Shown here: positions 40,306 to 53,817 of the stretch, piece by piece
How the letters are laid out: each line of letters begins with the position of its first letter
Position numbering within the stretch: the first letter of the stretch is position 1
Source: Eledone cirrhosa
Taxonomy: Eukaryota
Length of the DNA: 64,000 nt
Reading direction: 5' to 3'
Assembly: GCA_964016885.1 (NCBI GenBank)
Contig: OZ024751.1
Span: 53,692,001-53,756,000 of the forward strand
The notes under the pieces: model-generated
What the model saw: the letters and a program-made list of their open reading frames with translations, nothing else
Told to the model about the DNA's origin: nothing
Database searches by the model: none
Made by a program: the position numbers and the translations under genes

Positions 40306-40570
40306 ATATTTGTTTTGCAAGGTTTTTGATAAAAGATACAGAAGTGAAAACTAACCCAAACCAAACAGTGAGTGTGTTCTATTATTATTTCTGGCAATAC
40401 TATAACAATATGACCCTCCCCAAGTATAACAATATATATATATATTTGTGGATATATATATATATATACATATATCCACAAACATACATATGTATAAAGA
40501 GAGAGAGAGAGAGATACAAACACAGACATATTCATATCATTTATTGACCATCATTATTTTTTATGTGAAA

Positions 40571-40762
40571 TGGGCGGTGGGTTGGCAATATCGGTAGAGG
40601 GTCGGACGCCATGCTTTGAAGCATAGAGTTACGGCCCTTGTCATTCTGAGTTCAAATCCCGCCGAGGTTAACTTTGCCTTTCATCCTTACAGGGTCGATA
40701 AAATAAAGTACCAGTAATACACTGTATAATTGCTGGCCTTGTGCCAAAAGTAGAAACAATTA
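40571..40762 (+). mobile_element. Full-length SINE family 2 copy
   Basis: GGGCGGTGGGTTGGCAATATCGGTAGAG (A box) ... GAGTTCAAATCCC (B box) ... AGAAACAATTA. Confidence 0.9.
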
Positions 40763-40814
40763 TTTACTGATCACCATAGCCAAAACTGAATCTACAACCT
40801 CTTGTTTTACTTCT

Positions 40815-41263
40815 TCACCCACTTATTCCTGAGAGGGTCATGGTGGCAGAGTCATCAAACACTACTTACAGCAGATGCTGTCAGAAGCCACCATCTCCAA
40901 CTAATCTGGCTGGATCCCCAAGCGTGACCAGCCAAGCTCATGGATGTTATCCAACCATCTTGCTCGGGGTCTACCCCTGGGTCTCCTGCCGGCTGCTTTT
41001 GCCCATAAAATCTGACCAGCGATTCTTTCCGGAGACATTCTAACCACATACCCATACTATCAGAACTGTGATCTCTCAATTCGGAGAAATAGCTGGTTTA
41101 CCTGGAGTGACTCTCTGATCTCCGAGCTACATACTCTATTGAGTAACGTTACTCCAAAGATCCTTCAAAGGAACCCTATTTCAATCACTTGTGTTCTTGA
41201 TCATATTCTTTTGATCATTACCCAAGATTTATAACCTTAGGTAAGGGTTGGCACGAATACCAA
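40815..41263 (-). mobile_element. Decayed RTE-clade LINE 3' fragment
   Basis: Minus strand: VFVPTLT*G..SW...IERSQ...YG.V.RM.PER...GRRPRGRPRARWLD, with multiple stops. Confidence 0.8.
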
Positions 41264-41476
41264 GTTGAAAAAATAACATGAAGGCAATTTCTTTTTTCAA
41301 AATGTATATAATACTGTTACTTGGAACACCTCACCTTTCATTTTATAAATAAATTGTCTCATCAAATATTTAATTCTTACTTCTATTGTTTCATTAATAT
41401 TAGGTGGAACCCTTGCAAACAAGGAAAACATGTTAAAGGATTTTAACAATGATGCTGATGATGATGATGATGATGA

Positions 41477-41582
41477 TATAGTGTCCCCAAAAGTGTGTAT
41501 ACACTTTGATTACCTGTACAAGCAATGTTTATTAGAATGGTGTTGAAGTAGTCTGTATACATTTTTAAGGACACCCTGTGTA
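41477..41582. mobile_element. Small Tc1/mariner-like MITE remnant
   Basis: Imperfect inverted ends GTGTCCCCAAAAGTGTGTATACA and TGTATACATTTTTAAGGACACCCTGT. Confidence 0.45.
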
Positions 41583-41591
41583 TGTATATGG

Positions 41592-41653
<62 letters not shown>

Positions 41654-41686
41654 GTGGGTGTGTGTATATATATATATATGTGTGTG

Positions 41687-41726
<40 letters not shown>

Positions 41727-41754
41727 TGTGTGTATATATATATATATATGTGTG

Positions 41755-41827
<73 letters not shown>

Positions 41828-41850
41828 ATGTGTGTGTGTGTGTGCATGTA
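41580..41850. repeat. (TG)n/(TA)n compound microsatellite
   Basis: Direct reading of the sequence. Confidence 0.95.
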
Positions 41851-42288
41851 TAGACATGCATATATGAGAATAAGTAATGATATTAATTTAATGGTTGACA
41901 ATCTCCCATTAGGAGAGAAACAAATGTATTTTTATAGCATTCAATTATTTCTTTTAAAATACTTCATACGTGTCTGCATAGAGATCCTTTGATAATTTAT
42001 GATTCATGAATTTCTGAGAATAAACATAAAACTATCTATAAATGTATTTATCTATCTGTCTACCTTCGTCTCTATGGCTCTCTATTTATCAAACTCTCTC
42101 TCATTCTCAATTTGTCTTTATCTTTCAAATTCGATTTACTACTCATGACATCAGCACTGGGGCAATTGTCATGTATAGGAACATATGTGAGAAATGGACA
42201 TTAGATCTGAAAGGTCAGTAGCTCCGATTAAGTATCAAGTTGATCTTTGATGACCTGTCCAACCTCTGCAAGCAGGGAACATATATAC

Positions 42289-42331
<43 letters not shown>

Positions 42332-42377
42332 CTTACAATAAAACTTTAAAGGACATTCACCCATCTGGCCTCCTGTC

Positions 42378-42438
<61 letters not shown>

Positions 42439-43823
42439 TTCAAATATTAACAAAATAGATATCCTTGTGATCAAGTATATTTTATTATACATATTTCAGA
42501 GGTACTGAATTAAGTTCAACAGTACGTCCTCATCAGATAAAATAAAATGATACATGACATACCCTGACATGGTAGATGGTTAAGATTTAATCAAGGTAGT
42601 GATTAACTTATGAGAAAACTCAATATATATACCCTAATATTGAGAACATGAGAAAACGTAATAGAATCAATAGAGAGAGTGTGAGTAATATATTTTAAGA
42701 AATACATGGCATCAATGCAACAGTTATAGAATTTTTAATATTTAAAATACTACTAGAAAAATATACGGGAGAGGAAAGCATAGAGGAAGACGTAGCTGAT
42801 GTTATAACTTATTTAGTATTTAGCTTGAGAATACAAAAGAAAGATAACTAAAGAGAGAGAGAGAGACAAAGGGGAGTAATTTATGCTCAAGTTTCTACAT
42901 ACTCATATTCATATATAGTTTTGGCGGTTAATTTTCAAAATATTTAATTTATGTTATTTCAGGGTAAAGAATCAAATTTTAGGTTTTAAAAGTTGATGGG
43001 TATTTGTATTAATATTATAATATAATTATGTTAAATTTCTAAAATTCAAAATTTTATGAAGACAAATTTAAAGGATTTACAAAGCCCACGAAAGAAAGAA
43101 AATATACATATAATGTTCGATATCCCCACAAAGGTAATCTTTACCAAAATTACTTATAATATTGACAACAGTTTCTATAATATAATTTATGAGATATTTA
43201 AAGAATTTATTGATAAATAGTTAGAGTGCCTAAAGTATTAACAGGTCTTATAATTAAACTTAAAGAAGTCAGAGTTTTCAGCTATATATATGTGTGTATT
43301 GATCATAATATACCAAGACTATAATTTATTATTTGTTCATATATTATATTTAGTAAATGATTATATAAGTTCGACCTTCCAGGGAAAACCAAACACTTAT
43401 AATAATGTCATTTGAGTGTTTAAATTATTTATATAAATGTAACTCCGATTATGTTATTACCCTAGATAAAGATATTTGTATAAAATTATATATAGATATA
43501 CTAGGAATTAATGAAACGGTAAACATTTAATAAAAAATAGTAATTATAATCATTATTATTAGTTTTATACAAATGCAATTACGATTATGTTATTACACTA
43601 GATAAAGATATTTGTACAAACTATATATAGATATACTAGGTATTAATGAAACGGTATACATTCAATAAAGAATAACAATTATAATCTTTGTTAGTAGTTT
43701 TACCTCCAGTTCAGTAGAGAAATAAACCAATATTTGTCAGCTATTATGGTTTGTTAAATATACATAAAAAAGCAAAGCGCAAATCCAACTTTCTGAGTCC
43801 CCCAAAACCATCTCAAAATGAGT

Positions 43824-43869
<46 letters not shown>

Positions 43870-44189
43870 GTAAACGCATGAATGATCCACAGTTCAAATT
43901 AAAATCAGTAAATTTACAGGTTAGATATCTAAACTATATATTTAAAACAGAGACAGAAAAATAAAGATCTGAATCAAAGTTAAAAATATCCAAAAAAAAC
44001 ATAGGGTATGCATATCTATCTAGTAAACAAGTTATCAAATAAGTGTCATTCATTCAAACATTAGTTCCATTATAAATGATTAAAAAATAAAGCATTATTA
44101 AAGTTTTATAAACCGTTATGACTTATATGTTCAACAGTTGATGATAGACGTCGAAAATCAGGCTTGATTGCTTACTGTTTTTTCCTGAC

Positions 44190-45105
44190 TTTTTGCGACA
44201 AAGCTTTATGAAGGCAGTTTGAGAATAATTCACTTTTTTTGTTAATTAAGTTTTCATAATTATTAATAGTGTCTCCTTTGTACAGAGGCTGCAGTTAATA
44301 CAAGAGTTGACATAAACTCCACTATTACAAAGCTTCGTCCAAAAGATCGAGTATTTTAAATGTTTGTCTTTTAATGACCATATAAGCTGTGATAAAGAAG
44401 TCAAAGACTTCCTATTAGAATTCGAGAATGAGCATTTATGATTCGCAAATCTTGCCTTAAATGTAGAAGAAGTTGCTCCTATGTAGTTGTATGTGTTGTT
44501 ATTTGTTTTTACGGTGCCTTTATACACCAAATTTCTATCCAAACAATTATTTTGCAGAGGGCAATCTGGTTTATTTCTACAATTACATTTTGATTTATTA
44601 TTATTTATATTAACACTATTATTAATATCATTATGTTGATTTTGATTTAGAATTTTACTGTTTATTTTAGCGATGTTTTGGGGCATATTCATAGTTGTAG
44701 AATAAGATAATTTAATAGTGTGTCTATTAAAAATGGAATGATATTTATGTTGGCTAGCCAAAGCTTTAAAAATAGATTAGCTATTGGTGTTCTTACTGCT
44801 ACAGAAGCAGGGGAGGCAAACCATATAACTGATTTAGTTCTGGTTCTTTCCCCGATTTATTCACAGTATAGGTGTTTGAATTATAATTACTAGAATTTAT
44901 AGAATTTCTTTTATATGTGCCATTATTTTTATCAGGATTAAAACTTGGACTATTATTGTCTACATATTCTATATTATTTTTATAACCTGCCTTTTTTAGC
45001 GCATCATTGTAATAACCTGCATTTTCATCAAATATTGCTTTATTGGCAGATATTCTATTAATGCGTTTTTTGCACGCTATTTACAATTGCTTTTTTCACT
45101 GACTT
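44190..45105 (-). pseudogene. PLE thumb/linker/GIY-YIG remnant
   Basis: HKYHSIFNRHTIKLSYST, CNCRNKPDCPLQNNCL, LVYK...YIGATSSTFKARFANH, CSLCTKE. Homologous to 1945-2843 and frameshifted. Confidence 0.85.
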
Positions 45106-45117
45106 AGGGTATCATTT

Positions 45118-45183
45118 TATTTTATCTGATGAGGACGTACTGTTGAACTTAATTCAGTACCTCTGAAATATGTATAATAAAAT
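45118..45183 (+). ncRNA. Minimal type I hammerhead ribozyme motif
   Basis: attttat-CTGATGA-ggacgtactg...cagtacctct-GAAA-tatgta-TA-ataaaat. Mirror copy on the minus strand at about 42479-42545. Confidence 0.8.
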
Positions 45184-45318
45184 TTAATTGATCACAAGGA
45201 TATCTATTTTATTAATATTTGAATTAATATTAATAACTCTGGAAAATATTTACTGTAGAGTGCTCCCAATCTATTGTAAAACTCATTCTTTGAAGTACTC
45301 ATTGAATCTTGTTTAACT

Positions 45319-45454
<136 letters not shown>

Positions 45455-45490
45455 AGTCTACATATATGTATGTGTCTACATATATGTATG

Positions 45491-45546
45491 TGTCTACATA
45501 TATGTATGTACACACATATATATGTCTATATGCATGTACACACACG

Positions 45547-45608
<62 letters not shown>

Positions 45609-45664
45609 CGTGTGTGTACATGCATATAGACATATATATGTGTGTACATACATATATGTAGACA
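45491..45664. repeat. Near-perfect ~175-bp palindrome of microsatellite sequence centred on (TA)n
   Basis: The two halves are reverse complements, including the unique interruptions. Confidence 0.85.
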
Positions 45665-46158
45665 TCTATATATATATATATATATGTATACATTGACACA
45701 CACATACATATGCATACATGCATATACATACATACATACTCTCATCCTTCTATTTGCCCATAAACATAGTTAATATTTAAGTTTTTAACAACAGTAAGAT
45801 TTAATGTCGGCCGTTAATGATCTTTGTGAAATTGTTTGATTCCCACCATTTCACCTCCTGCAGTTTATTGGTGAGAACAGATTAAGAAGAAAAAAAAACA
45901 GGATGAAATTTAAGGCAAGTTATGATGAATGCAAGCAAGGAAAATGAAAGAGAGAAACAGGAGGGAGTATTTTATCTATTTAATTGTTTACGCTATATTT
46001 CATGTTTTTATTGTTGCTGTTGATGTTTTAGTACAGAAACAAGCATGTATTTTATGCCCCTCTTGTATTGTTTATAGTTATTTATGTACGTAAATTAATT
46101 TTTTTTATACGCATTTACACACACATGTACATGCCTATATATATATATACATATACAT

Positions 46159-48280
46159 ATTAATGAAAAAGAACAAAGGAACTATTATGACATTATAACA
46201 AGTTTATTGCCGACAGCCGTTTCGTCCGACCATATGGTGGGACTTTTCAAGGCATATAACAGGTGATTGTAAGTTCATTATTTACATCAACGATTAGCAG
46301 TTTGAAATTGTGGTATACATCAACAGCTCCGCTTGTATATTTGGGGTCTATATTCTAAGGGGCTCTTTTATATTAGTTGTCGGAGTTGTAAAAGGGATGG
46401 GTTATAGGGAGTTAAGGGAATTTGAAAAGGGCCTAAGAGTCAGGGATTGAAGTTTAAAAATTAGAGAATTTATAATTTACTCATTAAAAGTAAAAGACTT
46501 GGGATCTCGTAGAAGCACCTTAAAAAATCCCTCAATAAGTGCATAAAGCTTATAAGCCCCAATAAACCTAACAAACCAGAAGAGATTAAGAGACTAAAAA
46601 AATAAAAAAATAAAAATATAAAGTTTCCTAAAAAATTCCTTCGAAAGAAAAAAATTTTTTTCCAAGAGATCACGTTAAAAAATTTCAGAAAGTTTACGAA
46701 GTTTTGATAATCCCTACTAAGTTGAAAGAAACTAATCAATTAAAGGTTAATTCAAAAAGCCTTCAAAAAATCCCTCAGAAAAGGCCCCTTTAATATTTTT
46801 AATAAGAACCTCTTCCGAGAGACCCTTCAAAGAATTAAAATTTTAGAGAGCCTTTAAAGATATATATAAACGAATTGAGGAAAATTACAAATTAAAAGTT
46901 AAAAATTACGGGATTTGGGAGATCCGAGGAATTTTCAAAGGGCTGCTTCAACAGATACAACTTAGGTATAATAGATAAAGTAATTTACGTAATTTAAGTA
47001 ATCTAATTAGGGAGCAATTCAAAGAGCTTATCAAGTTGGGCAAGATTAAAGAAAATGATAAGTAAGAAAATACATAAGCAAAAAGACAATAATTATAACA
47101 TGTATTTTTAAGAAGGTATAAGGTAGCTTCAGTAATCTAATAATGTACTATCAAAAAATTATTATAAAATTATTAATATAGGATTAACAAAGACATAATA
47201 ATATATACCTGCCTAATTAACAAACAATCAATAAACAATTAACCGTCAAGCAAAATTAGCTCAGGGATATCCCACGCTCGGATACTTTACACACATACAG
47301 CAACACATAGGATTAACAAAGGCACAATGGTACATTCCTGCCTAATTAACAAACAATCAATAAACAATTAATAGTCAAGAAAATGTACTCAGGGATATCC
47401 CACGCACGGATACTTTACACACACAGCAAAATGAACAATACAGGTGACCTTGTGGGTGCGATATCCATTGTGCGCATGTAGTCATCTGCATAGCTCCAGG
47501 GGCCTTTTCTGAGGGATTTTTTGAAGGCTTTTTGAATTAACCTTTAATTGATTAGTTTCTTTCAACTTAGTAGGGATTATCAAAACTTCGTAAATTTTCT
47601 GAAATTTTTTAACGTGATCTCTTGGAAAAAAAAATTTTTCTTTCGAAGGAATTTTTTAGGAAACTTTATATTTTTTTAGGAAACTTTATATATATATATA
47701 TATTTTTTATTTTTTTTTTTTTTTATTTTTTTTTTTTTAGTCTCTTAATCTCTTCTGGTTTGTTAGGTTTATTGGGGCTTATAAGCTTTATGCACTTATT
47801 GAGGGATTTTTTAAGGTGCTTCTACGAGATCCTAAGTCTTTTACTTTTAATGCGTAAATTATAAATTCTCTAATTTTTAACCTTCAATCCCTGACTCTTA
47901 GGCCCTCTTCAAATTCCCTTAACTCCCTATAACCCATCCCTTTTACAACTCCGACAACTAATATAAAAGAGCCCCTTAGAATATAGACCCCAAATATACA
48001 AGCGGAGCTGTTGATGTATACCACAATTTCAAACTGCTAATCTTGAGTGAAACGTTGATGTAAATAATGAACTTACAATCACCTGTTATATGCCTTGAAA
48101 AGTCCCACCATATGGTCGGACGAAACGGCTGTCGGCAATAAACTTGTTATAATGTCATAATAGTTCCTTTTTCATTAATGTTTCTGCTCTGCTTATACGC
48201 ATAGAGCTTAAATAGCTACCGTCGCATATTTGGTAGGTCAGGCGTGATCATCGCGATTCACATACGACCTACCATACATC
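46159..48280 (+). mobile_element. Non-coding fold-back element with ~630-bp inverted arms
   Basis: 46159-46789 is the reverse complement of 47498-48179. The spacer contains a ~128-bp tandem duplication (47177-47430). An HHR and AATAAA lie near the outer ends. Flanked by TA/CA repeats. Confidence 0.8.
48091..48137 (+). ncRNA. Type I hammerhead ribozyme motif, U3-A8 core variant
   Basis: tgcc-TTGAAAA-gtcc-caccatatggtc-ggac-GAAA-cggctg-TC-ggca, then AATAAA. Identical mirror copy at 46208-46254. Confidence 0.8.
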
Positions 48281-48434
48281 TTACATATACATATACATAA
48301 ACATATATATATACATATACATATATATACATATATATATACATATATATACATATATATATACATATATATTCATATATATATACATATATATATACAT
48401 ATATATTCATATATATATATACTATATATATATT

Positions 48435-48500
48435 TTGCCAGGTAGTGCTATTAAGTTAGACATGGCCTGGGCCAATACTGGCCGAAACCTATCAAAGTTA
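48435..48500 (+). mobile_element. Isolated 3' end of the CR1-type LINE
   Basis: Matches 56838-56900 (GCCAGGT.GTGCTATTAAGTTAGACATGGCCTGGGCCA.TACTGGCC...TCAAAGTTA) and sits in a TA tract. Confidence 0.85.
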
Positions 48501-48590
48501 TATATACATATATATACATATATATATACATATATATATATACATATATGTATATATACATTTACATATATATATATATATATACATATA

Positions 48591-48909
48591 CATCATCATC
48601 ATTTTACGTCCAGGTTTTCCTTGCTTGCAAGGGTGGGACGGGAACTGATTCTGGCTTGATTTCTACAGCTGGATGCCCTTCCTAACACCAACCTCATTTA
48701 CAGTGAGTGCAGGGTGCTTTTTTCCGTGGCACCTCCACGACCACTTTGCAGTGGAATGATATCATCTCATTTCTACAGCTGAGTAAACTGGAGCAATAAA
48801 GAAATAAAGTGTCTTGCTGAAGGAAAGAACACATCACCCGGTGTGAGAATTGAACTCACAACCTTTCGATTGCAAGGCCAATGCTCTAACCACTAAGTCA
48901 TGTGCCTCC
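48591..48909 (-). mobile_element. SINE family 1 copy
   Basis: Near-identical to 163-491. Confidence 0.88.
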
Positions 48910-48958
48910 ATATATATACATATATACATATATACATATATATACATATATATATATA

Positions 48959-49525
48959 AATGTAATCTGAGTTTTTTTAATGTTAATAATATCATTTGAT
49001 TCATTTGCAATTATGCAAACAAGCCTCGATTTTACAGCCATGTCATCAAAGGTTATTAACATTCAAAAAACTCAGATTACATTTATTGTATTCAGCCATG
49101 TAGAGTGAAATTTTCATTTTTATTTTAATTTGCCAAAGCCGGCCATTTATTGCTCGTATACAGGAAACTGAATGGCCAGTCTGCTAATATGCAGATCTGA
49201 CTGATCAGCCAGTCTGCTAATATGCAAATCAGGCCGATCAGTCACTGCGTATTTTTGAAAATAGCATATATTTTCACTAGCTCTGAGAGTTTGGCAGGTA
49301 AACAGTTAGCTGTACTGATGAAGGGTGATACCCAGAACATTAGTGTCTGCAGGTCTGTTCACATGCCAACATAAGAACAAGAATGAAGTGTTCATTCTAC
49401 TGAGATGGCTACAAAATTGAGGCTTGTTTGCATAATTGCAAACGAATCGAATGTTGTTATTAATATTTGAAAAACTCAGATTACATTTATTGTATTCAGC
49501 CATGTAGAGTGAAATTTTCTTTTTT
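48959..49525 (+). mobile_element. Probable PLE-terminal unit with inverted and direct partial copies
   Basis: 48959-49041 is the inverse of 49405-49486, and 49052-49113 repeats 49456-49518. Degenerate HHR ctgta-CTGATGA-agggtgataccca-GAA-cattagtg-TC-tgcag at 49310-49352. Confidence 0.55.
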
Positions 49526-49599
49526 ACATGTATATATATATAAATATATATATATACATATATAATATATATATTCCTATATATATATACATATATATA

Positions 49600-50185
49600 T
49601 GGTGGCTGCCAACTCGTTTTCGAGTACGGCCACTACTTTATATCCATGTAGGAGAACCCCTACCGATGCGCTGAACGAGTGTGACTTTAAAGTACAGCCA
49701 GCGACTTGAAAACTCTGGTACAAACACTACTTGTGACAATTATTGACACATAGTGCTGGGCCCATGGTACCATGTGACGACAAGTGCAGAGAGATCTCCA
49801 GATATAAAGCAATGCCTGTGCCGTGAAGCTTTTATAGTGAGCAAAGGCACTGCACAAAGCCAGTCCCACTCTCTTAACCAAGATGATATTTACCAAAAAG
49901 AAGAACAAGTTAACATCATTGGATACCATCAGGGTTGCAGGTGTTATATCAGAGTTTTCCTTCTCCTAGAATTCTGCCTTGACAAAGGCTAAGGGGTCAT
50001 CTCTCCCGGTGATTTTGGATGGCCATTGACTCTTAAGAGCTCCTTTGCCCTTTGACAGGTTTTGTTTTTAGTCCTGCAGGATCTCCAAAGTCACCCTCCT
50101 CACCAAGAAACCTTGGTGGGGTTGCCAGTTTAGTCGCCAACAACCCGACCATGAGACAGGTTGTAGTGGGATACATGTTACCAGT
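49600..50185 (-). mobile_element. Non-autonomous RTE-derived element (copy 2, slightly 5'-truncated)
   Basis: Near-identical to 29013-29600. Confidence 0.78.
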
Positions 50186-50202
50186 ATATATATATATATA
50201 TA

Positions 50203-51449
<1,247 letters not shown>

Positions 51450-51450
<1 letters not shown>

Positions 51451-52037
51451 TATATATATACATATATATATACATATAAACATATACATATATACATATA
51501 CATATATACATATACATATATACATATACATATACATATATACATATACATATATACATATACATATATACATATACATATACACATATACATATATACA
51601 TATATACATATATATACATATATACATATATATACATATATATACATATATATATATACATATATATATACATATATATATATACATATATATATATACA
51701 TATATATATATACATATATATACATATATACATATACATATATGTACATATATACATATATATACATATATACATATATATACATATATACATATATATA
51801 CATATATATACATATATACATATATACATATATATACATATATACATATATATACATATATATACATATATACATATATATACATATATACACATATATA
51901 CACATATATATACATATATACACTTATATATACATATATACACATATATATACATATATACACATATATATACATATATACACATATATATACATATATA
52001 CACATATATACATATATACATATATATACATATATAC

Positions 52038-52084
<47 letters not shown>

Positions 52085-52185
52085 CATATATACATATATA
52101 TACATATATACATATATATACATATATACATATATATACATATATACATATATATACATATATATATATACATATATATATATAT

Positions 52186-52236
<51 letters not shown>
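51450..52236. repeat. (TATACA)n/(TA)n microsatellite
   Basis: Direct reading. Similar tracts at 56.9-57.7 kb and 62.2-63.95 kb. Confidence 0.95.
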
Positions 52237-52237
<1 letters not shown>

Positions 52238-52671
52238 CAGTTGAGCAGTTGAAGTATAAGGACGTGTTTTTACTTCTCTCCCCGAGTAAGCAGCAAGTCA
52301 CACAGCCACAAAACAAAACCACAAAACAAAACCAAACAAACAAAAATTGACCGGTTAATACATTTACATACATCTATATTATTATATATTTGAAACCACG
52401 TGTTTTCGAACTTGTGAGTACATTTTCCTTTAACTACAAATTATTATTATATACTTTCGTCTTTTCATTAACTTAATTAATTTCAAATAACCAGAATATA
52501 CATATATATATATATACTCATATTTATATATATACTCTTCTCACTCACACACAAGAAAAACAAAACAACAAAAAACAAAAAAACAAAAATAAATCAAAAA
52601 TAAATTTAAAAAAAAATATATATATATATTGAAATACTTAACTAAAACACACACACACACTCAAAACTAGA

Positions 52672-53817
52672 ATGGCTAACCAGCAAAAATCCAAACAGAA
52701 CTGGTCTGATAATGAAATCGACATTCTAATAAACACATGGCATTGCCTTACCCAAACAGAAGACATACATGCTTCATCTCTGAACGACATTGCTAAACGT
52801 ACAGTTCAATTTTTGAATACTCGATCTGAACAACAGATTCAAAATAAATTAAAGCAAATCGAAATTGCTTTTAAATTAATCAATAAACATTTGGATAAAC
52901 TACGGTGTGTTTTTTCTTCGAATGCTGTCCAGCAACAACAACAACAACAGCTACAACGGCAACAACAACAACAGCTACAACAACAACATCAACAACAGCA
53001 ACAACAACAACAACGACAACAACAGTGTGAACCACTCCTTGATTCATCAACAATGGCCGATCTACTAAATGAAACTATTGACCCCCCAGTAGCCTCTGTC
53101 TCACAGCATGAAACGCCACATCCTTTCTCTGGCCCAGCAGTCCAATCATCACCACTGCCAACATCTCTGCCTACTACTACTACTACTACTACAACATTTT
53201 TGTCTACTGCTATGTCAAGGAATTTACCTTCTAATACCAGAACAAGAACTCTCCCTCCCACAGTCCACAAAGGTCGTCAAATCCTACCCAAACCATCATC
53301 TACACCTCTCACAACACACACACCCACATACCCACCCACTCGAAACCCCATCATTTGCCGCTACTCTCTACGCTATAGAATATGTACGGATAGTGGCTGC
53401 AAATTCACCCATTTACCTAGGACAAAACGATCTATCCCCACAAACAGCCACCACCATAATACATACTCTAATTTAACACCAACACAACCACCAATAACTC
53501 AAACAAGGAATCCACAAATCTGCCGCTTTTCCCTGCGAGACAGATTGTGTTTAGACCGGGATTGTCCCTTTACCCATCTCCCGGGGACCCGTCGGACAAA
53601 TGAAAATAAAATTAAAAATAAAAGCAAAAACAAAAACCATAACCTACATAAAAATAACCACTACCACAGTCACCAACAGTCTTCTAAACAGGAAACTTCT
53701 TCCTCTTTTTTAGCCATAATGAATCTGGCAAAAGAACTGGAAAAAAACATTCGAGCTATCACCCAGCACCACCCTCCACTATCACCCCACTGCACAAACT
53801 CCCATTGCTGCCATTAA
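52672..53817 (+). CDS. LINE ORF1 with Myb/SANT-like N-terminus, polyQ tract and two CCCH zinc fingers
   Basis: NWSDNEIDILINTW...RSEQQIQNKLKQI, CRYSLRYRICTDSGCKFTH, CRFSLRDRLCLDRDCPFTH. It lies immediately upstream of ORF2. Confidence 0.75.
   Translation: MANQQKSKQNWSDNEIDILINTWHCLTQTEDIHASSLNDIAKRTVQFLNTRSEQQIQNKLKQIEIAFKLINKHLDKLRCVFSSNAVQQQQQQQLQRQQQQQLQQQHQQQQQQQQRQQQCEPLLDSSTMADLLNETIDPPVASVSQHETPHPFSGPAVQSSPLPTSLPTTTTTTTTFLSTAMSRNLPSNTRTRTLPPTVHKGRQILPKPSSTPLTTHTPTYPPTRNPIICRYSLRYRICTDSGCKFTHLPRTKRSIPTNSHHHNTYSNLTPTQPPITQTRNPQICRFSLRDRLCLDRDCPFTHLPGTRRTNENKIKNKSKNKNHNLHKNNHYHSHQQSSKQETSSSFLAIMNLAKELEKNIRAITQHHPPLSPHCTNSHCCH

Noticed and set aside
46470-47864. Two similar hydrophobic ORFs on opposite strands
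   Set aside because: They are mirror translations of the AT-rich inverted arms, not membrane-protein genes.
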